64,000 nucleotides of DNA from an uncultured Saprospiraceae bacterium (GCA_964530825.1 CAZHCA010000008.1:27229-91228); one strand, 5' to 3'; positions 17,283 to 26,031 are shown, numbered from the stretch's first letter. The notes: generated from the sequence alone by a model not told the origin. Numbers and translations: made by a program.

Positions 17283-17701
17283 GCGACGCTGATTTTAAGC
17301 TGAGAAGAGCGCTTCCCCTTATCTGAGGCAACTTCGCCCGTTGAATATTTAAGGTCTTTATGGCTTAGCTTATTCTGGACAGCGTGGTACCGCATGGTCG
17401 CAAAATGAACCTTGCTATAGGTACGACGTGCCTTCTGTGGTGTCATAATAATATCTTCCTCCAGTATAGCTTCCATTTTGGCAATACTGCGCAATGTGAG
17501 GTTGTGCGAACCACTGAGCCATTTACTAATTTCAGCACTAGTTTTTCCCAGCTTTTTGGCCAGGTCACTCTGTGTCCATCCTTTTTCCTTCAACAAAGCA
17601 AAAACTTGCTGAGAAATATCCAGGTTTTTATCCACAAAGCGTTCTACATCTGCCGGGCCTGGCTCGGCGAAAAACTGCTCAATGCTTTCGTACTTTTTCA
17701 T
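17279..17701 (-). CDS. XRE-family HTH protein (HigA-like antitoxin candidate) with a ~55-aa C-terminal tail
   Basis: HTH LKEKGWTQSDLAKKLGKTSAEISKWLSGSHNLTLRSIAKMEAIL. Tail ...RRTYSKVHFATMRYHAVQNKL.... ATGA overlaps at both ends. Confidence 0.75.
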   Translation of the reverse strand: MKKYESIEQFFAEPGPADVERFVDKNLDISQQVFALLKEKGWTQSDLAKKLGKTSAEISKWLSGSHNLTLRSIAKMEAILEEDIIMTPQKARRTYSKVHFATMRYHAVQNKLSHKDLKYSTGEVASDKGKRSSQLKISVA

Positions 17702-18201
17702 AGATAGATTGGTAATTCTGGATCGTAAACCAATAAATCAGTTTCCGGATCCAATGAAATGTCTTTATCGTATTGTGCTTGGCTAATAGCCTTGGTTAGT
17801 TTGTTGGCTAGACGGAAATGACTCGAAACATTAGGACAATCTTGTGCAGAATTGGCTGTTTTTTCTGCTCCATCAAATAAAATAACGGCCGATCGACTCA
17901 TCCACATACAATACAATCGAAGAGAACAATCCATGTTCAGGTACCTGGCCGGGGGTGGAAAAGCTTTAGCCTCTCCATCACCGGCACCTTCTACACGAAA
18001 ATATCGGCGATCCGCTCCAATTTCATTTCCGAGCTTCTGCAGCCATTTTCTGATTACAAATAATTCTTCTCTGTATTCCTCCTGACTATGTTTTTGTATG
18101 AAGTTTAAAAACATAGAAACGGGTTCGCCATCAAACTGGACCGAATAATACGTGATCCGCTTGAATTGAATTGCTTTCGTTATGTAGACAAAATTACTCA
18201 C
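17698..18201 (-). CDS. Putative toxin (RelE/HigB/Gp49-like core) upstream of the XRE gene
   Basis: GTG start. ...RYFRVEG...AFPPP...LRLYCMWMSRSAVILFDGAEKT resembles the remembered Gp49/HigB-like 'LRLYCxRxxxxxxILxxGGxK' core. Toxin-first order as in higBA. Confidence 0.45.
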   Translation of the reverse strand: MSNFVYITKAIQFKRITYYSVQFDGEPVSMFLNFIQKHSQEEYREELFVIRKWLQKLGNEIGADRRYFRVEGAGDGEAKAFPPPARYLNMDCSLRLYCMWMSRSAVILFDGAEKTANSAQDCPNVSSHFRLANKLTKAISQAQYDKDISLDPETDLLVYDPELPIYL

Positions 18202-18236
18202 TTATAAGTTCATTTCAAAGCTTTTTAACTTAAAAG

Positions 18237-21212
18237 TTAACCCACCGCATCGTTCTCCACGTACCCGCGCAGCAACTTCGCGGCTTCCACATCCTTGCTC
18301 CAGTGGGGGATGCTCTCCGTTTTCTTGATCATATAGCCCAGGATGGCCAGAATGAGCGACCGGCTGTTCCAGTAGTCGGGCCACTCGTGGTAGAGCCAGT
18401 TGCGGCCCTCTACCGGGTCTTCGGTGCGGTGTACTTCGTGGATGGCGAAGAGGATCTGACGGGTGAGGCTGCCGCCAAAATCCTCCCCGCTCAGGTCTTT
18501 GTTTTTGTACTCGATGGGGGTGATCAGCCGGGTGTGGTTGGCTTTTACCTTCAGCAGGTGGCGGTACTCTCGCAGGCCGTAGCCCCGGGCCATTTCCGTG
18601 TAGACGCCGCTGCGGTACTCGCCGCCCTGCTCTACTTCCAGCCCCTTGAGGTAGAAGCGCTCAAGGGGACTGAGCTTGCGCCATTCCGCTTCCGCAAAAC
18701 CGTTGGGCACCAGGGCGTCCATGGCGACGCGCACGGCGGAGTCGATGATCTTCACGATCTCGCTTTCGTCGCCGCTCTGCCGCTCTTTGCTGAGCTCGTA
18801 CTCGACATCGATCTCGCCCAGACGCTTGTACTTGGTGAGCTCGCGTAGGGCCGCTGCGTAGGCCGCCAGCTGATAGTCGGCATCGCCGAAGTTGGGGTCG
18901 TCTTTATCGTCGATCTGCTGCATGAAGGCGATCTGCTCCTTCACGCCGTACTCCACGTCCATTTGTACATCCGAGAGGAAGCCGATCTCCTCGGAGTCTT
19001 GCTTGCGCAGCACCATGATCACGGTGCCCTGCACGTAGTTGCCTTTTTTGATGCCCCCGGCATCGGTCTCGGTCTGTATGGTCCAGGCGGCGGTGACGCG
19101 CAGGCCCGAGGCCCAGAGGATGAGCGCCAGGTCGGCCCAGACCGCCGAGTCCTGATGGGTGAACATCACCACCTGCGCCCCGGCATCGGGCATGTGCCGG
19201 GTGAGGTTGCGGTACACCTCCACCATGGAGCGATTGAAGGATTGGCCCTTGCCTTTGACGGCCAGGGCGGACTTGCTGTTGGTGTGCCATTCCGGGAAGA
19301 GTTGTTCGAGGTGTTTTTGATGCCACGCTAGAAAAAAGTCTCCTAATTCATGATAATTAATGGCGTCGGCGTAGGGTGGATCAGTTATCCAGAAAGAACA
19401 TTCAAAATTAACACTTCTTGCATCTAATGTTCTTAATTTAAAGTTTGCATCAAATTTATTATCAGAAGGAACATTAAATAGGAAATTTTCCTCCATTGCT
19501 TTAAAGCCTTTGGCAGGAGGATTGAAAATTGTATTTAGGGCTTGATTCGAAAAAGTATCTCCAGTAGAACCTATACCGCCTGATCTTGACATTGTAGCCC
19601 GCCACCTGATTAATCTAGAATTTAAATTCGCCAAGTTTCCAAGTGAAAGAAGAGAGGCTATTTTTCCATTTGTCTTACTTTTTTCAAGTCTCTCAGAAAT
19701 TGATCCTAGGTAAAATAGTTGCCTAGGATTAAACAAATGATGCCAGTAGGTCCAGCCGCGCTCGCGTATGGGCTGTTCGGTATTGTATCCTCTGGGAATT
19801 TTAGTCGAAGGGATGTAGCCTTTCTCCTGCCATTCGGCAAAGCGTTCCTGCAGCAGCGCCAACACCTGCGCTTCCCGGGCCAGGTCTTCGGAATTAGGCG
19901 CGATATAGTGGCGTTGGGTTTTCTTTTTGATGGCTTTGCGGTCCAGCTTGTCTTGAAAATCCGGCCAGGCCTCGGCTTCCGCTTGTGTCCAGGTGATCTC
20001 TGGATTGTTGGCGTCCTCGTACCAGGTTTCCAGGTAGCGAATGCAGTAGAGGCGCTCCTGAAAGGTATCGTCGGGCCGGGGCACGAGGTCCTCGTTTTCC
20101 CACATGCGCAAGCCATAGCGGGTTTCGCCCTCCACCCGCCGGTCGCCCCGGATGGTGGAGATGTTGTGCTCGGTGTCCGTTTCCGGACAGACCAGGCGGC
20201 CGTTTTGCACCGTACCCGTTTTAGCGGCAGCGAAGGTGGCCGCATCGGCCCCTTCGATGATGTCAATATGGTAGCGCTGATTAGCGTGGTCGGGACGCAG
20301 CACGGCACAGACTTTATATTTTTCCGAGATCACCCAGCTGGGCGCCAGGGGCACCCAATAGCCGGTGGCCGGACTTTTGGCCTCCACGCAGTACAGGTAA
20401 GCATCGGCCCGCCAGCCAGCTTCATTGTGCTCGATGCCCCAGGCGGTGATTTGCTGATCCACGGCCTCGAATACTTCTCGTTGGGCTTCCTCAATCTCGG
20501 CTTTCACCTCCGGGCCGCCGCCCACAATATTGATCGAGGCCCAGGTAAGCAGGGCCGCTACCGGGTTGAGGTCACTGCCGTAGGCCTGACAGCCCAGGCG
20601 AGCCGCCTCAAAGGGAATGGAGCCGCCCCCACAGAAGGCGTCGCCTACCCGCGGAGTATGGCCAAATTGTTGCTGGCCCATCTGTTCGACCCATTCGGTC
20701 AGGCTGTTTGCCGTGGTGCCGCAGTGGGCATTGATCACCTCCCAGGATGCCGGCGAAGGCCCTTCGATCTGCTCGGGACGGTCGCAGAGGCGCAGCTTTT
20801 CGTCGTACGACAGGCGCTCGAAAGCCAGTTCCTGGACCTCCGCCTTCTGCTCGCGCGACAGCTCATTTTGCCAGGCCCAGCTTCCTTTGGCGTTTTCCGT
20901 AAGGTATTGAGCACGCTCTCCATCGGTCAATTGTGCCGCCAGGTCCTTGGCGGAAAGATTCTTACTGCGGCGGCGGCGCAGGCCCTCTTCGTCCATGGTC
21001 ATCAGGCGCAAAAAGACCTCCTGATCTTTGTCGGGATCATCGGTAGCCGGCAGCAGGAGGCCGATAAGGGTCGCCCGCACCAGCACCAGCGGCTTGCGCC
21101 CCCACCACTTGCCCAGGCCGGTCAGGGTCTGACCAGAACCGGCTTTACGCTCCTTATAGCTTTCCTTGGAGACCTTGGAGACCGGAAACTGTTGTTCAAT
21201 AAAAGCGGGCAT
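18237..21212 (-). CDS. DUF1156-domain DNA methyltransferase (COG1743-type N6A/N4C MTase)
   Basis: N-terminus FIEQQFPVSKVSKESYKERKAGSGQTLTGLGKWWGRKPL is the DUF1156 hallmark. SAM motif I DAFCGGGSIPFEAARLG and catalytic motif IV DPPYADAINY. Confidence 0.9.
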   Translation of the reverse strand: MPAFIEQQFPVSKVSKESYKERKAGSGQTLTGLGKWWGRKPLVLVRATLIGLLLPATDDPDKDQEVFLRLMTMDEEGLRRRRSKNLSAKDLAAQLTDGERAQYLTENAKGSWAWQNELSREQKAEVQELAFERLSYDEKLRLCDRPEQIEGPSPASWEVINAHCGTTANSLTEWVEQMGQQQFGHTPRVGDAFCGGGSIPFEAARLGCQAYGSDLNPVAALLTWASINIVGGGPEVKAEIEEAQREVFEAVDQQITAWGIEHNEAGWRADAYLYCVEAKSPATGYWVPLAPSWVISEKYKVCAVLRPDHANQRYHIDIIEGADAATFAAAKTGTVQNGRLVCPETDTEHNISTIRGDRRVEGETRYGLRMWENEDLVPRPDDTFQERLYCIRYLETWYEDANNPEITWTQAEAEAWPDFQDKLDRKAIKKKTQRHYIAPNSEDLAREAQVLALLQERFAEWQEKGYIPSTKIPRGYNTEQPIRERGWTYWHHLFNPRQLFYLGSISERLEKSKTNGKIASLLSLGNLANLNSRLIRWRATMSRSGGIGSTGDTFSNQALNTIFNPPAKGFKAMEENFLFNVPSDNKFDANFKLRTLDARSVNFECSFWITDPPYADAINYHELGDFFLAWHQKHLEQLFPEWHTNSKSALAVKGKGQSFNRSMVEVYRNLTRHMPDAGAQVVMFTHQDSAVWADLALILWASGLRVTAAWTIQTETDAGGIKKGNYVQGTVIMVLRKQDSEEIGFLSDVQMDVEYGVKEQIAFMQQIDDKDDPNFGDADYQLAAYAAALRELTKYKRLGEIDVEYELSKERQSGDESEIVKIIDSAVRVAMDALVPNGFAEAEWRKLSPLERFYLKGLEVEQGGEYRSGVYTEMARGYGLREYRHLLKVKANHTRLITPIEYKNKDLSGEDFGGSLTRQILFAIHEVHRTEDPVEGRNWLYHEWPDYWNSRSLILAILGYMIKKTESIPHWSKDVEAAKLLRGYVENDAVG

Positions 21213-21218
21213 GGGGTA

Positions 21219-21911
21219 TTATTTTTTAGCGGGGTAATCGTTTTCTTCTTCAAAAAGCAGAAGTTTTTCCTCGTCGAGCAGGGCCTGCGTGTAGGTACCT
21301 TCCGGGATGGGGTTCTCGGTGAGGGCAAAGCGCAGGGCTTTGCGCCAGCCGCGGCCACGGCCGTTCTCCGGATGGCCGGTGGCGGCATTGGTGATGGTAT
21401 AGAGCCACCACCGCTCTTCGGGGCGCAGGCCCAGCCAGTTTTCCACGGCCTGATTGGCACGGTTGGGGTCGGCCTCTTCCATGGCCCACAGCAGCACCAT
21501 CAGTTCCTTGCCGAAGAGGCGATGCACATAATTGAGCCCCTGCTTCCAGGATACGCTTTTTTTAGTCGCCTTGGAGGCCCGCAGGCGTTGGTTGAACTCA
21601 CTGCGCAGGTAGCGTTCCAGCAGGTCCCAGCGGGTGCGACTGAGGCGCACCTTGCCGGTATAGCCGGGTCCCAGGAAACGCATTTGCAGTCCCTCCACCG
21701 TCATCTCCGGGTCGTACTGATACAGCTCGTGTACCGTCACCTCCTGTTTTTTGGAGCGCGGAATCACCACCACAAAGTGGTGCTCACTTTGGGCCGGTAC
21801 AAAGCCGAAGTCGATCAGCTGCTTATGCTTCGATGCGTTGCTCAATATCTTGTGGTTTGTATTCCAGATTGGTATCGCGTACAAAATCGAGAAAGTTTTG
21901 GCCGCTGGCAA
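21219..21911 (-). CDS. DUF3780-like small protein of the DUF499/DUF1156 module (start uncertain)
   Basis: Sits between the DUF499 and DUF1156 genes, as remembered for this module. The conserved-looking start region is LIDFGFVPAQSEHHFVVVIP. The ATG at 21911 overlaps the upstream gene by 89 nt, and an alternative TTG lies at 21845. Confidence 0.5.
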   Translation of the reverse strand: MPAAKTFSILYAIPIWNTNHKILSNASKHKQLIDFGFVPAQSEHHFVVVIPRSKKQEVTVHELYQYDPEMTVEGLQMRFLGPGYTGKVRLSRTRWDLLERYLRSEFNQRLRASKATKKSVSWKQGLNYVHRLFGKELMVLLWAMEEADPNRANQAVENWLGLRPEERWWLYTITNAATGHPENGRGRGWRKALRFALTENPIPEGTYTQALLDEEKLLLFEEENDYPAKK

Positions 21912-24900
21912 ATTGGAGGCGGGAAAGCGCCAGGCTCAGCTCGCCAGTATGCAAAAGCTTATCCCAGACGAAATTCACAGCTTCCTCTATTTGTGCAGCT
22001 GTATATTTCACGGCTCCGTCCACTTCCATAGTCAGCCATTGATCACCATCTACATTGATCGCCAGTCCATAGCCTTCCACCTCATGCTTTTCGAGTTGCT
22101 TCAGGAATTGAAAGGTTTCGGCCGTGGTGGTCATGGCTGTGCGTTTTTTATAGGTCAGCGGAATCACCGGATTGATTTCCTTATTGGGGTTTGCTCCCCG
22201 GTTCGGCAGGTCGAACTGCTTGATATCCGACAAAAGGTCATCCTTTTTCGCTGCGGCGAGGATTTTGGTTTTGGGTTCCGCTACAAAAGAAGCTTCGTAA
22301 ACAGCGCCGTATTCCAGGGGTTCGCTCCCATCGGTAGAATAGTAAATATCGGTATTGCGCGGAGCCACGGTAAACTCGACGCGAAAAGCATCACCCTGCG
22401 GATAAAAATCGTATTTCAGGTCGATGGTATTTTGCCAGACTACCGGATCGCCTACTTCGTGCTCGCCCTCGGGGTCCACACAAAGGAAAGACACGTAGAG
22501 CTCATCGGTAACTAGGTCCTTCTTGGTATCCCATTGAGGATCATTGGTAGTCACCTTTTGGCCGTAGGCGTAGTGGACGATGGCGCCACGTACCGGTTGG
22601 ATGCGCAGGCGCATTTTGCCGGTATCGGTATCGCGTCCCATTTCCTGTACCCGCACACTGGTGGGAGGCTTGGGAAAAGGTCCGATCTTGATCCAGTTCC
22701 CATCCTCGCGCCAGTGGTCTTTGGTGACTTGTTCGCGCTTCACCTGCTGCAGTGCGTTGGGTTTGTGCCACACCCAGGCGGTATCGGTAGCCGCTGATTC
22801 GACCACTTCGTTCCAGGGCCGCTCTTTCTGCCCCTGAAACAGTTTTTGCTCCAGCTGCTGCAAAAAAGAGTCCTTTTCGATCTCGGTAGTAAACTTGCGT
22901 TTATCGATCATCGCCTGCCGGATCTGTTCTTCTCCGTCAAATTTATTCTGTATGTACTGCAGGTTGATGTTTGAGTCCATCAATCCCCGCCTGGTTGGAA
23001 AAGTCAGCTTGGTAAAGATATTGGTCGTCGCCGAATAGAAGCGAAAGCGGTAGGTACTGAGCAGCTCCTCTACTTCCTGGTATTGAGGGTCGTTGGTAGG
23101 CACTTTGTCGCTCTCAAATTCGGCCTTGACATCCTGCGCTGCCCGAATACTTTTGGCATTATCAAATACCGTATCGATCGATTGCTGATCGCCGGTCAGG
23201 AAAAACACGCGGTTTTTGTAGCGTAGGTTGTCGTACCAGGCCTGGAGCTCCGGGTGCAGTCCGCCCTGGGCATAGGGCTGGAAGATAACGAGGGAGACGG
23301 TATCTTTTTCCACGTCAATTTCATCCAGGGCGGGCAACACATACAGGCGCTGATAGAGGTCTTTCATTTTGGGCTCAAAAAGCTCTTGCAGCAGGGTGCG
23401 CATTTCTTTCCGGATCGCCTCCGGATTGTATCCTTTGCGGTAGCTATTCACTTTGGCCGATACGTTGGCTACATCCTTGTAGAGCAGGGCACCGCTTTTG
23501 TCCACGTGCAGGTACCAGGAGCGTTCGCGCAAGGCCGGGATGACGGCGGTCTTCAGCTGCGTGATATCCACCCCCGGGGCAGCCAGCATAGCGGTGATCT
23601 CATTCATTTTGAGGCCCTTCAGTCCGCCCTGCACCATACTGAGGGAAGACATAAAGAGGAGCCTGGCCGCTTTGACGGGTAGATCAGTCTGCAGCTCTTC
23701 TGCGATCTTTTCCGCCGCCGCATCCCCTCCGGAGGCGATGTCATTCGAGATGGCATTAATGAGCTTATTATTGATCTCGTTGAGCTGGGCATTGACGCTA
23801 TCGTCGTTCGGGTCGATATCGTATGGGTGGATCAGGTAGCTCCGGTCGGCCCAGCCGTGTTGGGGATCAAACATGCGGGCCGTAATAGCCCGCATCAGGC
23901 GGATAAGGCCCCGCGTCTGCATAAAGCCGGGATTTTCCTTAAAGCGAGCGTAGAGTTCCCGCATAGCCGGGTGGAAAGGATAGCTTTCGCGAATGGCGGC
24001 TTCGATTTGCCGGGGCGATTCGTTCGTCAGCTCCATCTTTGCTGCCTGCTCCACCTCTTTGCTGTAGGCGGCGGCCGTCTCTTTTATCACTTCTTCCGGT
24101 ACTTCCTCCGTAAAGAGGCGCTTGCGCAAAATGTGGTAGATCTCATTTGTATTTTGCCGTACCGGGGTAAAGTTTTTCGCAACACGTTTAGTCTCTTTCT
24201 CAAAATCACCAAGCAACTGATCGATCTGCCCTGACCCTTTGGCGTAGGCATTCTGCAGATCGGAAATGACTAGCGCTACGTTGGAAAGTTCCTCTTTACC
24301 GATGGCGTTCAGTAAGGTCGTCAGGGCACGGGCCGTTTTGTCGGCCAGGGTACCGAGGCCACTTTGCACCGTAGCCGAATAATTGAGGTAATCGGGCAGC
24401 TCATCCAGGAGAATGAGCGTGGGCTCTCCTTGCAGCAGCCGAATCCAATCGGATTGGCCGGGTGGTTCGCCCTCCTTATTGAGTTCCTGGAAGACGTCCT
24501 TCTTGCCGATGCTGTCGGCGATAAAGGTCCAGATACCATTCTTGGGTTTTTCTCGTCCGGAAAAAGCAACGACCCGCGCTGATCCACGAAAGGAAGTATC
24601 GTACACCGCACTCATGACCGGCTTGCGGTATTCCGGGAATTTGGCCAGCAGCCCCACCGCGATCATGCTGTGGGTTTTACCCCCACCCATCGCCTGGGTT
24701 AGCTTAAAGACACCATCATCCATGGAGCCCTCCATGCGGCGAAATACGCTGGTGTAGAGCTGTTCCATGCCTTTAGTGATGTAGTTTTCGGCGAAGAAGC
24801 GATCTGGATCGATTTTGTCCTCATTCAGGTCGGTAAGATCGAGGACCACGTCTTTATAGCTTTGGTCAAACACCGACTGCCGCGGTGTAAGCAAGGAGCT

Positions 24901-24912
24901 GAGGTTTTGCAT
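21823..24912 (-). CDS. DUF499-family P-loop ATPase (COG1483)
   Basis: Walker A AMGGGKTHSM, Walker B PTLILLDELPDY. About 1030 aa, as typical for DUF499 proteins adjacent to DUF1156 methylases. Confidence 0.85.
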   Translation of the reverse strand: MQNLSSLLTPRQSVFDQSYKDVVLDLTDLNEDKIDPDRFFAENYITKGMEQLYTSVFRRMEGSMDDGVFKLTQAMGGGKTHSMIAVGLLAKFPEYRKPVMSAVYDTSFRGSARVVAFSGREKPKNGIWTFIADSIGKKDVFQELNKEGEPPGQSDWIRLLQGEPTLILLDELPDYLNYSATVQSGLGTLADKTARALTTLLNAIGKEELSNVALVISDLQNAYAKGSGQIDQLLGDFEKETKRVAKNFTPVRQNTNEIYHILRKRLFTEEVPEEVIKETAAAYSKEVEQAAKMELTNESPRQIEAAIRESYPFHPAMRELYARFKENPGFMQTRGLIRLMRAITARMFDPQHGWADRSYLIHPYDIDPNDDSVNAQLNEINNKLINAISNDIASGGDAAAEKIAEELQTDLPVKAARLLFMSSLSMVQGGLKGLKMNEITAMLAAPGVDITQLKTAVIPALRERSWYLHVDKSGALLYKDVANVSAKVNSYRKGYNPEAIRKEMRTLLQELFEPKMKDLYQRLYVLPALDEIDVEKDTVSLVIFQPYAQGGLHPELQAWYDNLRYKNRVFFLTGDQQSIDTVFDNAKSIRAAQDVKAEFESDKVPTNDPQYQEVEELLSTYRFRFYSATTNIFTKLTFPTRRGLMDSNINLQYIQNKFDGEEQIRQAMIDKRKFTTEIEKDSFLQQLEQKLFQGQKERPWNEVVESAATDTAWVWHKPNALQQVKREQVTKDHWREDGNWIKIGPFPKPPTSVRVQEMGRDTDTGKMRLRIQPVRGAIVHYAYGQKVTTNDPQWDTKKDLVTDELYVSFLCVDPEGEHEVGDPVVWQNTIDLKYDFYPQGDAFRVEFTVAPRNTDIYYSTDGSEPLEYGAVYEASFVAEPKTKILAAAKKDDLLSDIKQFDLPNRGANPNKEINPVIPLTYKKRTAMTTTAETFQFLKQLEKHEVEGYGLAINVDGDQWLTMEVDGAVKYTAAQIEEAVNFVWDKLLHTGELSLALSRLQFASGQNFLDFVRDTNLEYKPQDIEQRIEA

Positions 24913-25205
24913 ATGGATTAGTCGTGTTCGTTTAGCATGAGGTTCACTTGCAACCTGTAATGTACATATTCGTATCCTTTTTACGGACCCGGAGAAGGAA
25001 AGTTATGGTGGTCATACGGGGCGGACCACTCGGAGGTACTGTTCAGCATCTGAAAGTACTTGTATTCGGAAGGATCAAGCACCAGGAGGACGATCCCCGC
25101 CTTCCGGTTGGGCTGCAGAAAAGTGACTGGTATGGTAAACGCTTGATTTTTTGTAGAAAAGGTTTTTGCAGGAAAGGAAATTTCTACCTTAAGGTAAAAA
25201 CCACC

Positions 25206-26006
25206 ATGACCGCCACCCTCTACACCGAATCCCCCACCCTAAAGCGCCGCCTGCGTACCTACACCGCCAATGGCTATACTTTCCAGATGGTGCAGGTGGA
25301 AAAGGGGCGGTTCCGGATGGGGGACGATGACTCGAAGTACAACGATGAAAAACCCGCCCGTTGGGTAGACATCGCACAGGACTTCGAGCTAGGGCAGTAC
25401 CCCGTCACCCAGGGGCTCTGGGAGGCGGTGATGGGGGAGAACCCCTCTGATTTCAGAGGCGCCGAGCGCCCGGTGGAACAGGTGAGTTGGAACGATATTA
25501 TGGGGACCAAAGCAGGCTTTTTGGACCGCCTAAACGCCCTGCCGGAGATAGCGGAGCTCAATGCCGCCGACGGCTGCCGCTTTGGCCTGCCGAGTGAGGC
25601 GCAGTGGGAATACGCGGCGAGCGGTGGTCGCTATGGGCAGACTTTGGGCTACGCGTATGCCGGGAGTAATTATTTGCCAGAGGTGGGCTGGTATGGTGAA
25701 AACAGCCGAAGACAAACCCATCCGGTGGGTTGTAAGCACCCCAATGCGCTGGGGCTGTACGATATGAGTGGCAATGTACGAGAGTGGTGCGAAGACGTAT
25801 GGTACAAAAACTACAAAGACGCGCTGGTGGATGGCTCAGCGCGGATTAACGGAGGTACCGGAGGTACCGGAGATCTCCGCGTGGTTCGTGGCGGGTCCTG
25901 GTACGACGATGGCTGCGGCCGCGTCGCTTTCCGCGTCAGGGTCGATGCCCTCGGCCGGTACGACGGCGTAGGGTTTCGGCTTTCCCGGTACTGGGTTACC
26001 CCGTGA
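25206..26006 (+). CDS. Formylglycine-generating-enzyme (SUMF1/FGE-sulfatase, DUF323) domain protein, stand-alone, no signal peptide
   Basis: FRMGDDD...EKPARWV..., YPVTQGLWEAVMG, FGLPSEAQWEYAASGG, GLYDMSGNVREWCED, VVRGGSW, GFRLSR. Start set at the ATG at 25206. Confidence 0.85.
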   Translation: MTATLYTESPTLKRRLRTYTANGYTFQMVQVEKGRFRMGDDDSKYNDEKPARWVDIAQDFELGQYPVTQGLWEAVMGENPSDFRGAERPVEQVSWNDIMGTKAGFLDRLNALPEIAELNAADGCRFGLPSEAQWEYAASGGRYGQTLGYAYAGSNYLPEVGWYGENSRRQTHPVGCKHPNALGLYDMSGNVREWCEDVWYKNYKDALVDGSARINGGTGGTGDLRVVRGGSWYDDGCGRVAFRVRVDALGRYDGVGFRLSRYWVTP

Positions 26007-26031
26007 AATAGCTGCGCCTGATTTCACGGGG
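25999..26031. terminator. Hairpin between convergent genes (11-bp perfect stem CCCCGTGAAAT/ATTTCACGGGG)
   Basis: Arms at 25999-26009 and 26021-26031. No clear T-run. Confidence 0.4.

Noticed and set aside
19719-22031. 770-aa plus-strand ORF spanning the MTase, DUF3780-like and DUF499 genes
   Set aside because: It is antisense to three minus-strand genes that have clear catalytic motifs. Its translation is a low-complexity G/A/R/L/P-rich string with no motif. Long antisense ORFs are expected in GC-rich coding DNA.
24948-25205. Upstream 86-codon extension of the FGE ORF
   Set aside because: The extension is Arg/Lys/Gly-rich junk. The conserved FGE domain begins right after the ATG at 25206.
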